A stretch of 64,000 nt of DNA. Origin: an uncultured virus (IMG/VR IMGVR_UViG_3300025018_000106). Taxonomy: Duplodnaviria; Heunggongvirae; Uroviricota; Caudoviricetes. Position 1 is the stretch's first letter. Every line of letters starts with the position of its first letter. Below, piece by piece: positions 49,089 through 58,546 of this stretch. The notes beneath the pieces are model-generated. The model was given only the letters and a program-made list of their open reading frames with translations, was not told the origin of the DNA and did no database searches. The translations under genes were made by a program, and so were the position numbers. The stretch lies in the IMG/VR virus record IMGVR_UViG_3300025018_000106; one strand, given 5' to 3'.

Positions 49089-49694
49089 TTAGTTTATCTT
49101 ACGACCCCTAACCCATCCTTCACCCGGACATTCTACAGACTTCTTTGTTTCTTTGCCGTTTGTCCACCAACCCTTTCCCTTGTTCTTTTTCGCAGACAAA
49201 GCGGCAGAACGCAAAATGTCTTTGCGCGATCTTTTTTTAACCCATTCCTTCACACCTTCTGATATGTTCTTTTGTCGTTCTTCTTTATCGGTTTCCGAGT
49301 ATGACGACCATATTTCTATGTTTTTCTCAGACACAAAATAGGAATGATCGGGCCGTTTCTTGCCCAAAAAAGGATGGACTCTCGAACGATTGTATTCTGA
49401 CAACCAAGGTTTAGGTGCGCCATTACCCTCTCCGCCTGAGGTTCTATTTCTTAGGCATCCGCCTTGGTCGATTCTTCCCCACCATTCTATCATACGTCTT
49501 TCCAATGCGATGGCGCCGATATTTGTCAAACCTGTTTCTAAGAAAACGATTCTGTTCTTGTCTGGAACAGGCACCGAGTGGTCTGGATGATACGCTCTCT
49601 GTTTCCTACCTTTGCCTATATAATAAGGCGTTCCTGCTTTTCCGTGTTTCGAGTTGTTCTTCCTCAGATATGCGTAAACGTAATAGTCAGTCAT
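49089..49694 (-). CDS. GIY-YIG-like homing endonuclease
   Basis: YVYAYLR..PYYIGKG, LRN.T.GGEG, WWTNG..GWVRGR; antisense, late promoter near 49713-49720. Confidence 0.85.
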   Translation of the reverse strand: MTDYYVYAYLRKNNSKHGKAGTPYYIGKGRKQRAYHPDHSVPVPDKNRIVFLETGLTNIGAIALERRMIEWWGRIDQGGCLRNRTSGGEGNGAPKPWLSEYNRSRVHPFLGKKRPDHSYFVSEKNIEIWSSYSETDKEERQKNISEGVKEWVKKRSRKDILRSAALSAKKNKGKGWWTNGKETKKSVECPGEGWVRGRKIN

Positions 49695-49812
49695 TTTGTC
49701 CTCCTTTACGTCTATTTATAGAAATGACGATCTTGACAACGAACCTAGTAACAAAAATCTTGACACAGACGATACCATGTGTTAATGTGAACCTTAAACA
49801 TTGGAGAAAAGT

Positions 49813-50016
49813 GTGATACGAACACCCTTTGCAAACTACAATCGCGCTCATCTAGAACGTCTTGTTCACGAAGGTTTCGAACGTATCGAATACCAGGCAG
49901 ATATCATGATGAAAAGCGCCACACATTGGGGCACACCTTCGGGTCTGCCTATGGACCCGTTCGACTTTCAGGTGCTGATGGCTGCGAAACATTATTTGGA
50001 GACAACGAAAGAATGA
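49813..50016 (+). CDS. Hypothetical protein
   Basis: GGAG RBS; promoter-like TTGACA upstream. Confidence 0.55.
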   Translation: MIRTPFANYNRAHLERLVHEGFERIEYQADIMMKSATHWGTPSGLPMDPFDFQVLMAAKHYLETTKE

Positions 50017-50228
50017 CAGGATACAATTACGGCGAACCTGTGCCTGATATCAAATGTCCTTACTGTGGTGGTCCGACCTATGCAGAATATGTTGATATTG
50101 GTGTTGGAATGCAACAGGTAACAGGACATATGTGTGAGGGATGCCAAGCGGTCGAAGCAGGTCCTTACTGTGATATTACAAAAGACGATTACGACAACAA
50201 CACAGGATGGTTTCGAAATGAGCATTAA
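50013..50228 (+). CDS. Small zinc-ribbon protein
   Basis: CPYC..EYVDIGVG..CEGC. Confidence 0.65.
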   Translation: MTGYNYGEPVPDIKCPYCGGPTYAEYVDIGVGMQQVTGHMCEGCQAVEAGPYCDITKDDYDNNTGWFRNEH

Positions 50229-50709
50229 CATCATATTGGCAACCGATTTGAACTTCGGCATCGGTAACGAGAACAAACTACCTTGGCCGCGAAATAAGAA
50301 AGATATGGACTGGTTCCGCAAATGCACCATCGGTCACGCGGTCGTGATGGGTCGCAAGACGTGGGAAAGCATCGGTTCGAAACCACTGAAACATCGTTTC
50401 AACTTTGTTGTCACGTCAACACAAATCCAACGGGCACACACTCGCCATGGTGATATGGGTGTGATCCTTCGCAACATCGATGAAGATCGTTTTCCCGGCA
50501 GCCCACCGCATGACGTGTTTGTGATGGGCGGTGCAGAAATCTATGGGCAGGCCGTGCCCTATGCCGACAAACTGTATCTGACGACATTCAATCAAGAATA
50601 TGAATGTGACACTTACGTTCAGGATGATATCGTCAGTCATTTTCCGAATGTTGAATATCTTGATGATAGTGATCCTGAAATTACGTTTCAGATTAGGACA
50701 AAGAAATGA
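50218..50709 (+). CDS. frd: Dihydrofolate reductase
   Basis: IG.ENKLPW, MGRKTWES, MGGAEIY, CDT. Confidence 0.95.
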   Translation: MSINIILATDLNFGIGNENKLPWPRNKKDMDWFRKCTIGHAVVMGRKTWESIGSKPLKHRFNFVVTSTQIQRAHTRHGDMGVILRNIDEDRFPGSPPHDVFVMGGAEIYGQAVPYADKLYLTTFNQEYECDTYVQDDIVSHFPNVEYLDDSDPEITFQIRTKK

Positions 50710-50957
50710 GTGAAATCCACGAAAGCCATACTCTGCAATCCAGCGACTCTTCCCATTACGACTTCTATTGCACCAAATGCAATATGGCAGACCGTCCTTG
50801 GGAATATCTTTCTTGGCCGTGTCCTGAAAGAGAATTGACTAGGACAGAATTTGCCGAATGGAAGAAGCAGATGGTCGAACAAGAGCTCGGCAAAATCCTA
50901 CAAGAGGAATTTGATCTGGAGGTTCTAAGAGAAGTGAAAAGGAAAGCGAACCTATGA
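50706..50957 (+). CDS. Hypothetical protein
   Basis: Coupled ORF with CTKC. Confidence 0.6.
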   Translation: MSEIHESHTLQSSDSSHYDFYCTKCNMADRPWEYLSWPCPERELTRTEFAEWKKQMVEQELGKILQEEFDLEVLREVKRKANL

Positions 50958-51829
50958 GACAATATCACGATGCACTACAGCATGTGCTGGACAATGGCAC
51001 AGACAAAGACGACCGCACGGGCGTAGGCACCCGCGCGGTATTTGGTTACCAGATGCGGTTTGACCTGAGAGAAGGATTCCCCGCAGTCACAACGAAAAAA
51101 CTCGCATGGAAGGCGGTCGTGTCCGAACTTCTGTGGTTTCTAGAAGGATCGACCGATGAAAGACGACTTGCAGAAATTCGTTATGGAGCAGATCGAAAAG
51201 ACCTTGTTGGAAAACGCACTATTTGGACAGACAACGCCGACAAGCAAGGGCGCGATCTTGGCTGGCGGAACGACGCTTACTACAAAGGCCTTGGACCGGT
51301 GTATGGAGCTCAATGGCGCGGTTTCAACAAGGACGAGACAGGTTACGGAGGCGTCGACCAGGTTGCAAGACTTCTTAATGATCTACAGAACACCCCCGAT
51401 TCTAGACGACACATCCTTACGGCGTGGAATCCTTCACAATTACACCTCATGGCACTACCTCCCTGTCACCTACTCGCACAGTTTGATGTTACAAACGGTC
51501 GCCTGAGTTGTCAACTCTATCAGCGCTCTTGTGATATGTTCCTGGGTGTGCCTTTTAACATAGCTTCATACAGCCTCCTCACACATATCTTTGCAAAAAT
51601 TTGTGATCTGGAAGTCGCAGATTTTGTGTGGACCGGAGGCGACGTTCATATATATAGGAACCACATGAGCCAAGTAAGAGAACAACTTACGCGAACCCCA
51701 AAGGCTCTACCAACATTGAAGATGCCAAATTTCACCTCACTGCAAGATGTTCTGTCTGCCAGTGTGGACGATTTTGTGTTGCAAAATTACAACCCTATGG
51801 ACTCCATCAAAGCACCGATGGCCGTCTAA
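50954..51829 (+). CDS. td: Thymidylate synthase (ThyA type)
   Basis: DRTGVGT, LPPCH, YQRSCDMFLGVPFNIASY, HIY.NH. Confidence 0.97.
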   Translation: MRQYHDALQHVLDNGTDKDDRTGVGTRAVFGYQMRFDLREGFPAVTTKKLAWKAVVSELLWFLEGSTDERRLAEIRYGADRKDLVGKRTIWTDNADKQGRDLGWRNDAYYKGLGPVYGAQWRGFNKDETGYGGVDQVARLLNDLQNTPDSRRHILTAWNPSQLHLMALPPCHLLAQFDVTNGRLSCQLYQRSCDMFLGVPFNIASYSLLTHIFAKICDLEVADFVWTGGDVHIYRNHMSQVREQLTRTPKALPTLKMPNFTSLQDVLSASVDDFVLQNYNPMDSIKAPMAV

Positions 51830-51855
51830 TAACTATAACAAAAAGAGGTAGATAC

Positions 51856-54084
51856 ATGCTCAAGCTAGTCAGACCCGCGACAAAGGACGTTGATGCGAAA
51901 AGTCTTATGTCGCAGTCCAAATTCTATGAGTCCTATTCCCGTTGGGACGAATCACTAGGCCGATATGAGACCTGGGAAGAGTCTGTTTCTCGCGTCATGA
52001 ACATGCACCGAGAATACTACAAAGACAAAATGACACCTGAATTGTCGCGATTGATTGACGAAGCAGAGTCGCTCTACAAACTGAAATACGCCCTCGGCGC
52101 ACAGCGCGCCCTCCAGTTTGGTGGCGACCAGTTGCTGAAGCACCAGATGCGTATGTATAACTGCACCAGCTCTTATGCAGACCGCCCCGCCTTCTTTGGC
52201 GAACTGTTCTATATTCTGCTTTGTGGCGCTGGCGCCGGTTTCTCGGTTCAGAAGCATCACGTCGCGAAACTGCCTGATATCGCAGAAAGAAAGAAGCAGG
52301 CGAAAGAATTTACACCAGACGACAGCATTGAAGGTTGGGCCGACGCGGCCTCGGTTCTGCTATCGTCTTTTTTCGTTGGAGGTGGCACCCACCCAGAATA
52401 CGAGGGTCGTAAGGTCTATTTCAACCTGAACAAGATTCGTCCGAAAGGTTCGATGATTAGCGGCGGTTTCAAGGCGCCTGGTCCTGAACCTCTCCGTCGC
52501 GCACTTGACAAGGCCGAACATTTGTTGCAAGGTCTGGTTCTGGCAGGCGAAACACGTCTACGTCCGATCCACGTTTATGATATCGCGATGTTCCTCGCTG
52601 ATGCGGTTCTGGCTGGTGGTGTTCGCCGTTCTGCAACGATCTGCCTGTTTTCCGTTGACGACCAGGAAATGATCGAAGCAAAGACGGGTGACTGGTACAT
52701 CAAGAACCCTCAGCGCGGTCGTTCCAACAACTCTGCTGTGGTCGTTCGCGACGAAGTGACCAAAGAACAATTTGCAAACCTGATGAAGTCGATTCGCGAA
52801 TTTGGCGAACCAGGTTTCTACTTCGTCAACTCGAAAGAACACACCACCAACCCATGTGTTGAAATCGGCATGTTTCCACAAATCGACGGTGTGTCCGGTT
52901 GGCAGGGTTGTAACCTGACCGAAATCAACGGTTCGAAGTGTGTCAGCCGTGAAGAATTCTTCAAGGCATGTCGCGCTGCTGCAATCATGGGCACTCTACA
53001 GGCCGGTTACACCAACTTCAAGTATATCTCGGACGCGTCTCGCCGTATCTTCGAACGCGAAGCGCTTCTTGGTGTGTCTATCACCGGTTGGATGAACAAC
53101 CCGTCGGTTCTGTTTGACGCGGATATCCAACGCGAAGGCGCTGAGATTGTCAAGGCGGTCAACCGTGAAGTCGTAGCGATGATCGGCATCAATCCTGCTG
53201 CTCGCACGACCTGTGTGAAGCCTTCGGGCAACGCGTCTGTTCTGCTTATGACCGCTTCTGGTATTCACGCTGAACACTCGCCGCGTTACCTACGTCACGT
53301 CCAGATGAACAAGGAATCCGAAGTTGCTCAGTTGATTGCAGACACCAATCCTTACATGGTCGAAGAATCGGTTTGGTCGTCCGGCAAGACTGATTACTCC
53401 ATCGCGTTCCCTGTTATCTCCAAGGAAGGTTCTATCTATAAGAACGAAGCGAAGGTCACCGACTTCCTCGAAAAGGTGAAACTTGTTCAACAGAACTGGG
53501 TGGAAGCAGGCACGAATGAAGAACTGTGCGCAGACCCGACGGTTCGCCATAACGTCTCCAACACCGTGACTGTGCCACAGCGCGATTGGACGAAGATCGA
53601 AGATTACCTTTACGAGAACCGTTGGTACTTTGCAGGCGTTTCGTTCTTGCCAGACTCGGGTGATAAGGACTTCACGCAAGCACCTTTTGCACAAGTCTTG
53701 ACGGAAGAACAAATCGTGGCCCGCTACGGCGTTGCATCGTTGTTCGCTTCTGGTCTAATCGTTGACACGACTAAGGGTTTCAACAACCTCTGGGATGCTA
53801 CGTTCATCGCACAACAACCCGACGAGCACCGTGGTGAATTGTCTGACCTGAGAGCAGACTGGATTCGTCGCTTCCGCAAGTTTGCTGACAACTACTTTGA
53901 AGGTGACATGAAAGAGGCCGAATACTGCCTCAAGGACGTTTACTACCTTCACAAGTGGACCAAGATTCAGCAGAACCTGCAACCAATCGACTTTGTGTCT
54001 CAGCTTCAGACGAAGAAATTCACCGACGTTGACACAATGGGCGCGGTTGCTTGCCACGGCAACGCATGTGAAATCACTTTCTAA
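51856..54084 (+). CDS. nrdJ: Class II (B12-dependent) ribonucleotide reductase, monomeric type
   Basis: YNC, GGVRRSA, NPCVEI, CNL, VKPSG, GVSFLP, QAPF, C-terminal CHGNAC. Confidence 0.85.
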   Translation: MLKLVRPATKDVDAKSLMSQSKFYESYSRWDESLGRYETWEESVSRVMNMHREYYKDKMTPELSRLIDEAESLYKLKYALGAQRALQFGGDQLLKHQMRMYNCTSSYADRPAFFGELFYILLCGAGAGFSVQKHHVAKLPDIAERKKQAKEFTPDDSIEGWADAASVLLSSFFVGGGTHPEYEGRKVYFNLNKIRPKGSMISGGFKAPGPEPLRRALDKAEHLLQGLVLAGETRLRPIHVYDIAMFLADAVLAGGVRRSATICLFSVDDQEMIEAKTGDWYIKNPQRGRSNNSAVVVRDEVTKEQFANLMKSIREFGEPGFYFVNSKEHTTNPCVEIGMFPQIDGVSGWQGCNLTEINGSKCVSREEFFKACRAAAIMGTLQAGYTNFKYISDASRRIFEREALLGVSITGWMNNPSVLFDADIQREGAEIVKAVNREVVAMIGINPAARTTCVKPSGNASVLLMTASGIHAEHSPRYLRHVQMNKESEVAQLIADTNPYMVEESVWSSGKTDYSIAFPVISKEGSIYKNEAKVTDFLEKVKLVQQNWVEAGTNEELCADPTVRHNVSNTVTVPQRDWTKIEDYLYENRWYFAGVSFLPDSGDKDFTQAPFAQVLTEEQIVARYGVASLFASGLIVDTTKGFNNLWDATFIAQQPDEHRGELSDLRADWIRRFRKFADNYFEGDMKEAEYCLKDVYYLHKWTKIQQNLQPIDFVSQLQTKKFTDVDTMGAVACHGNACEITF

Positions 54085-54093
54085 GGAGCGCAT

Positions 54094-54258
54094 ATGACGA
54101 CAACAGAAATCGTATGTTCTCACTGTGAAGCTGAGTTTTACATCGAAACCGAGTTTGATATTCTGTTCTGCCCGTCCTGCGGAGAATCACTTCCGCAGGG
54201 CGAGTGGAACGGGTATCGCGACGAAGAATATGACTATGATCTAGAGGATGACGAATGA
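54094..54258 (+). CDS. Small zinc-ribbon protein
   Basis: CSHC..FCPSCG; AAGGAG RBS. Confidence 0.7.
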   Translation: MTTTEIVCSHCEAEFYIETEFDILFCPSCGESLPQGEWNGYRDEEYDYDLEDDE

Positions 54259-54404
54259 GCAAACAAGGTAAAATCGTAATCTTGGCTGAAAACTCTTGCG
54301 GCGGCACATTCGCCACGGTCAAAGATCGAAAAGACGTTGATCTGTCCAAGATGAAGAAACTACCAGAACAAATGCACGGCATGGACGTGTATATCGAAGT
54401 CTGA
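54255..54404 (+). CDS. Small hypothetical protein
   Basis: ATGA overlap, 49 aa. Confidence 0.5.
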   Translation: MSKQGKIVILAENSCGGTFATVKDRKDVDLSKMKKLPEQMHGMDVYIEV

Positions 54405-54436
54405 ATAAATACCCTCCGCAAGGAGGGTATTTTTCT

Positions 54437-54856
54437 ATGTGGTACTATGAAGGTAAAGAATTCACCAGTGACATGATTGGTGACAACATCGGTTTCGTCT
54501 ACATCATCACAAACAAGCAGAACGGCATGAAATATGTCGGCAAGAAATTGTTTCGGTCAACTCGAAAGTTACCGCCTCTAAAGGGTCAGAAGCGCAGACG
54601 CACCAAGATCGTAGAGTCAGACTGGCAAACTTACTACGGATCATCCGAAGAAACTCAAGCAATCGTTGAAGAACACGGCGGCGAAATTTTCCATCGTGAA
54701 ATCTTACATCTGTGTAAGACCAAGGGCGTCATGTCGTATCTGGAACTGGTAGAGCAGGTCGAACGTCGCGTGCTTCTCCGCGACGACTACTACAACCGTA
54801 TAATCCAGGTCAAGATACACGCGTCCCATGTGAACTCTTTGCGTGGCGACAATTAG
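54437..54856 (+). CDS. GIY-YIG family nuclease
   Basis: GFVYIITN..KYVGKK, YYGSS, YYN. Confidence 0.85.
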   Translation: MWYYEGKEFTSDMIGDNIGFVYIITNKQNGMKYVGKKLFRSTRKLPPLKGQKRRRTKIVESDWQTYYGSSEETQAIVEEHGGEIFHREILHLCKTKGVMSYLELVEQVERRVLLRDDYYNRIIQVKIHASHVNSLRGDN

Positions 54857-55393
54857 CGAAATGCCATCTTCTCATAATAAAGTCAGCGCCTTCTTTGCCA
54901 CAATGCGGGCAAGTTACGATAGGTCTTTTCTTGCCCGTCCAAGCCTGTCTTTTTCGTCTCTTGGCGGCCTCTGACTTTTTCTTGTTACAACCGATCACGC
55001 GACCTTTGAGTGTCGCAGAAATTTTGGCATCACGTTCGGTGGAATCAAACGATTCCCAGAATTTTTTGATACTTTCCGACTGTTTTCTTCTGTGTTCTTC
55101 TGTGACGATACAAGCGCCGCCATCTCCCATCTCAGGTTCAGATTCGCGAAATTGTCGGATTCTACGATGTTCCATAGGTGACTGTAATACAGACCCTTTT
55201 CGCGAATCGCGTTTTCGTCTGTGGTCTCTAATAACACCTCGGTCTTTACATCGTAACCGTGTTTCTGTATGTGGCGGCGCCACAATTTACCAGACCCTCT
55301 ATAATCATAGGGGTCTTGAACCGTCTTGCCAAGATACTTCAAGCCGGTCTTGTTGTGTGTTTTCAGATAAAGATAAATAGTCTCGCTGGACAT
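54810..55393 (-). CDS. GIY-YIG-like homing endonuclease, apparent frameshift at 55137-55138
   Basis: IYLYLKTHNKTGLKYLGKT, YRGSG; adding one A restores ANLKPEMGDGG and joins the CPHCGK..RWHF.NC C-terminus. Confidence 0.8.
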
Positions 55394-55459
55394 AATAACC
55401 TCCTCAGGTTGTCTAGAGTTAGTGGGTGTTGGCGCACCGCGACTAACGATCTATTTATA
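55386..55459 (-). promoter_or_regulatory. Late promoter plus structured leader and RBS-sequestering hairpin
   Basis: TATAAATA 55452-55459; GTTAGT/ACTAAC stem; CTAGACA-ACCT..AGGT-TGTCCAG hairpin over RBS and ATG. Confidence 0.65.
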
Positions 55460-55574
55460 AGGAGGCATATGATGAATGTTACGATAAGGCGTTACAAGCG
55501 CACGAAATGGGTCTCATACCCTGGTCGAAGGTTGAAGAATACGCCAAATATCTCCACAATCTTTATGGAGCTGG

Positions 55575-55602
55575 TTGACACCTCGGACGAATCAACTATA
55601 TT
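55575..55602 (+). promoter_or_regulatory. Early promoter with GAATC
   Basis: TTGACA-cctcggacGAATCaac-TATATT. Confidence 0.8.
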
Positions 55603-55632
55603 AGAGTTGTGAGAAACGAAAGAGGTTACATT

Positions 55633-55911
55633 ATGAAAGTCAACGATCTGAATGCTGTCGTCGCTCTGATTCGCAACATGAACAACGATGATCTGAACAC
55701 GGTCATCCAGGCAATCAAAGACCAACGCGACTATCTCGCGAAACAGACGGCGGTTACTTTCCGTCGGGGCGATATGGTCCAGTTTGATCGCGGTCCGCGT
55801 CGGGGCGGCCTCGCGACCGGCGAAGTCGTCAAGGTCAACACGAAGTCCGTCGCCGTCATGGTCGGCAACGTCAAGTGGCGCGTCGCCCCCGGGCTTCTGA
55901 AAAAAGTTTGA
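55633..55911 (+). CDS. Early protein, SH3/KOW-like C-terminus
   Basis: GDMVQF..GEVVKVNTK..WRV. Confidence 0.75.
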   Translation: MKVNDLNAVVALIRNMNNDDLNTVIQAIKDQRDYLAKQTAVTFRRGDMVQFDRGPRRGGLATGEVVKVNTKSVAVMVGNVKWRVAPGLLKKV

Positions 55912-55930
55912 AAAAAGCGCCGAAAGGCGC

Positions 55931-55958
55931 TTGCAATCTCTCCCGAATCGCTTATATT
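55931..55958 (+). promoter_or_regulatory. Early promoter with GAATC
   Basis: TTGCAA-tctctcccGAATCgct-TATATT. Confidence 0.75.
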
Positions 55959-55990
55959 AGACTTGTAACGAGACAGAAAGAGAGACAAAA

Positions 55991-56248
55991 ATGATCGATG
56001 AAATCCTCCAGCTGATCGAAGAATTCAACGAGAGCATCAGCTACTCCGTCGGTCAGAAATACATCAAGATCGTCAAAGGCGGTTCGGTCTGGGGTTTTGT
56101 CGTCAACACCGACAAAGACAAGAAGTTTCGCAAGGGCGACATTCTCAAGGCCGCTTCGTGGGCCGCTCCCGCCCGCAACGCCACTCGCGGCAACGTCCTT
56201 GACGGCGGCTACAGCATCGCCTGTACTGGCCCCCACTACCTGAAGTAA
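55991..56248 (+). CDS. Conserved early phage protein
   Basis: KYIKI, GDILKAASWAAPA, RGNV. Confidence 0.8.
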   Translation: MIDEILQLIEEFNESISYSVGQKYIKIVKGGSVWGFVVNTDKDKKFRKGDILKAASWAAPARNATRGNVLDGGYSIACTGPHYLK

Positions 56249-56258
56249 GGAGAAAAAC

Positions 56259-56471
56259 ATGTTCACCACCATCGTAGCCTGGGGGGTGTTCGTCTTGACA
56301 AGTCTGATCTTTCTGATCGCGATGGCAGAACCGCTTCTGAAATCGCAGGCAGAGAAAGACCTTGAAGAGCTTCGCGCTCGCATCACAGGTGTCCGACGAA
56401 CGACTTCTTGGAACCGGGTTCTTGTCCTGTTCCTTTTCTGGTTCGCCGCCGGGTGGTACCTCTTCGGTTGA
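56259..56471 (+). CDS. Small 2-TM membrane protein
   Basis: Two hydrophobic segments, AAGGAG RBS. Confidence 0.7.
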   Translation: MFTTIVAWGVFVLTSLIFLIAMAEPLLKSQAEKDLEELRARITGVRRTTSWNRVLVLFLFWFAAGWYLFG

Positions 56472-56788
56472 TCCGGCATAACTGAGTGTGTTAGGAGAGA
56501 AATAATGAACGCTCGAGACTCGCCCTAAGAGGGTGTAGATAGATAGTTAGATTGAGATTTGGTTTGGAACCTGGGTAGGTTCGAAAACTGCCCATAGAGT
56601 GTAGCAACGACCTGAGCAAGTCAATAAACTGCTCACTAACATCGTTCTGCATGGTAACATCGCCTGTGTTAGCATTCAAAACCATGTTAGCGAGGAGAAA
56701 AACATGCTGTTGGTCGCAACAATGTTTGCCATGACGACAACACTCCTGTATAAACAACCACAACTGGTTTACCTGGAGGTGAAAGCAA

Positions 56789-56941
56789 ATGATGAGCGAG
56801 TTTGAACAGATGGTCATGCGAGACGCCATGGAATGGGCGGCCAAGACCGGCCAGACGTTTCGCACCGAACAATCGCTTTACGAAGCGTTCTGGGCTGAAA
56901 AACTTTCGAACGCCGGCAAACGACCGCTGGTCGCAATCTGA
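56789..56941 (+). CDS. Small hypothetical protein, 50 aa
   Basis: GGAGGT RBS. Confidence 0.55.
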   Translation: MMSEFEQMVMRDAMEWAAKTGQTFRTEQSLYEAFWAEKLSNAGKRPLVAI

Positions 56942-56954
56942 TAAATAGGAACAT

Positions 56955-57031
56955 GCGCCCGTAGCTCAACTGGACAGAGCAAGTGACTTCTAATCACTAG
57001 GTCGAGGGTTCGAATCCTTCCGGGCGCGCCA
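56955..57031 (+). tRNA. tRNA-Arg(TCT)
   Basis: Cloverleaf, AGTGA-CTTCTAA-TCACT, CCA. Confidence 0.95.
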
Positions 57032-57048
57032 TATCATGGAGAAATATC

Positions 57049-57260
57049 ATGGTTGATCTTGACCAAATCGCAATCGACTTAATCGAAGCAGCACGCGACA
57101 ACGAAGAAGTAACGCAAGCGCGCAAGCGCGCATTTCTTTGATGGTCCAGAACGATGAAGGTTTCGTGACGGAACAAGTCTACACCATCCGGTATTACGAG
57201 GACCGAGACGGTCGACCGGACTATCAGTGGACCATTTCGTCCAATCCGATCACGCGCTAA
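57049..57260 (+). pseudogene. Small ORF broken by an 8-bp duplication (57113-57128)
   Basis: CGCAAGCG twice; removing one copy gives an open frame to TAA 57260. Confidence 0.55.
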
Positions 57261-57261
57261 A

Positions 57262-57347
57262 GCGGGCGTGGCGAAACGGCAGACGCAGGAGGCTTAAACC
57301 CTCTGGTCAGAAATGGCGTGCGGGTTCAAATCCCGCCGCCCGCACCA
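57262..57347 (+). tRNA. tRNA-Leu(TAA)
   Basis: Long V-arm, CTTAAAC loop, CCA. Confidence 0.93.
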
Positions 57348-57362
57348 AACAAGGAGTATATC

Positions 57363-57500
57363 ATGGGTATCTTGAAAGGCGCCGCGGTGATCTTCATGGG
57401 AATGATTATCTTTTCGTTCGCCATCACCGCATGGGACCTTTTCGTGACTGATCCGTGTCAGTCTTTCAATCGTGGTTACGCCGAAGGATGCGAACAATGA
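57363..57500 (+). CDS. Small membrane protein
   Basis: AAGGAG RBS, one TM. Confidence 0.6.
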   Translation: MGILKGAAVIFMGMIIFSFAITAWDLFVTDPCQSFNRGYAEGCEQ

Positions 57501-57676
57501 GCAAACGCGAAGATATCATCCGCATGGTCATGGAAGCGCCTGACCACAAGATCGAACAACTGTTCCGTGACATGGGCATCGAATTGGACCTGAGTGGTCA
57601 GCATCCCGTCGTGGACATTGAAACCCAAACCTCCGAGGACATGATGTTCACACATTTGTATGGAGATACACGATGA
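57497..57676 (+). CDS. Hypothetical protein
   Basis: ATGA coupling. Confidence 0.6.
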   Translation: MSKREDIIRMVMEAPDHKIEQLFRDMGIELDLSGQHPVVDIETQTSEDMMFTHLYGDTR

Positions 57677-57918
57677 ATTTCGACCAAACTCTATGGCTAG
57701 GCTTAGACAGCATTCAAGCTCTCTATCTGGCCATACCTTTTGCAATCGTATCAGCACTCATTGCCAGATACACAAACAGAAACGCGACGTTTTGGTTTTT
57801 GGCTTCTTTCCCCTTTTCGATTCTAGCCTTTGGTTATCTTGTGATAACATGGATGTTCGGCAAGGCAGCGAAAGACTCTTCTGATCTTGTCAAAATGGCG
57901 AAAGGAGAAGAAGTATGA
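57673..57918 (+). CDS. Small membrane protein
   Basis: Two hydrophobic segments. Confidence 0.65.
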   Translation: MNFDQTLWLGLDSIQALYLAIPFAIVSALIARYTNRNATFWFLASFPFSILAFGYLVITWMFGKAAKDSSDLVKMAKGEEV

Positions 57919-58094
57919 CGCACGAAACCGCTTTCCTGATTCTTTCTTCTATGTCTGTTTTGTGGGTTGTTTATGCACTCCATCTGACAGCAAAAAGAAA
58001 GGAAAAGTCCTTTCTGGCTTATTTGGTGATCTACTTCGGCGTTCTTTTTCCGCCTCTCTGGATCGCTTATTTCTACATGAAAAATCGCGCCTGA
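57915..58094 (+). CDS. Small membrane protein, 59 aa
   Basis: AGGAG RBS, two hydrophobic segments. Confidence 0.6.
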   Translation: MTHETAFLILSSMSVLWVVYALHLTAKRKEKSFLAYLVIYFGVLFPPLWIAYFYMKNRA

Positions 58095-58098
58095 TATC

Positions 58099-58190
58099 GG
58101 TCCTGTAGCTCAATGGTAGAGCGGTGTCCTTATAAGACATGAGCGCCTGATTAGCGCACGATGTAGGTTCGATTCCTACCGGGACTACCA
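58099..58190 (+). tRNA. tRNA-Ile(TAT) with long variable arm
   Basis: GTGTC-CTTATAA-GACAT; V-arm GCGC-ctgatta-GCGC; A73 CCA. Confidence 0.88.
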
Positions 58191-58192
58191 TT

Positions 58193-58268
58193 GCTCCTGT
58201 AGCTCAGCGGTTAGAGCTGCCCGCTCATAACGGGTAGGTCGCAGGTTCGAATCCTGCCGGGAGCACCA
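58193..58268 (+). tRNA. tRNA with CAT anticodon (probably Ile2)
   Basis: CTCATAA loop; body resembles Ile2. Confidence 0.85.
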
Positions 58269-58297
58269 AAAAAATTCGAAAAAACTGAAAAAAGTGC

Positions 58298-58546
58298 TTG
58301 ACGAATCAGACCAAATCATATAAATATGGTCACATCAAGACACAGACTTTACTAAGGAACTAGCCCAATGACAACCCATTATTGCAAAAAGCAGATGCAA
58401 ACGCTCGCGAACCCCATTCGCGTCACCGCTCTGATTGCGCGTAATGAGGGCTTTGGAAATGGACATATGGAGGGCTACATGGGATAACAAGTGATCCCAG
58501 TAACGAGTAGCACAAGGCCCTCCGCTAAAACGGAGGGTCTTTTTTT
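58298..58546 (+). promoter_or_regulatory. Promoter, 39-aa leader peptide (58368-58487) and attenuator
   Basis: TTGACG..TATAAATA; terminator GGCCCTCCG/CGGAGGGTC plus T7; GGAGGGCT in leader can pair with the terminator 5' arm. Confidence 0.7.

Noticed and set aside
51856..54084. Class I NrdA, because of LKDVYYL
   Set aside because: The position of the class I YY pair is occupied by GVSFLP followed by QAPF, as in monomeric NrdJ, and no nrdB is adjacent.
13805..57260. Programmed frameshifting or stop-codon recoding behind broken genes (TAA 13820; indels at 20227, 35156, 35568, 55137; duplication 57113)
   Set aside because: Each is a single-base change at a short homopolymer or a short tandem duplication, with no shared slippery site. 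All other genes use TAA, TGA and TAG as stops, and no suppressor tRNA is seen. Sequencing or assembly error is more likely; raw reads would decide.
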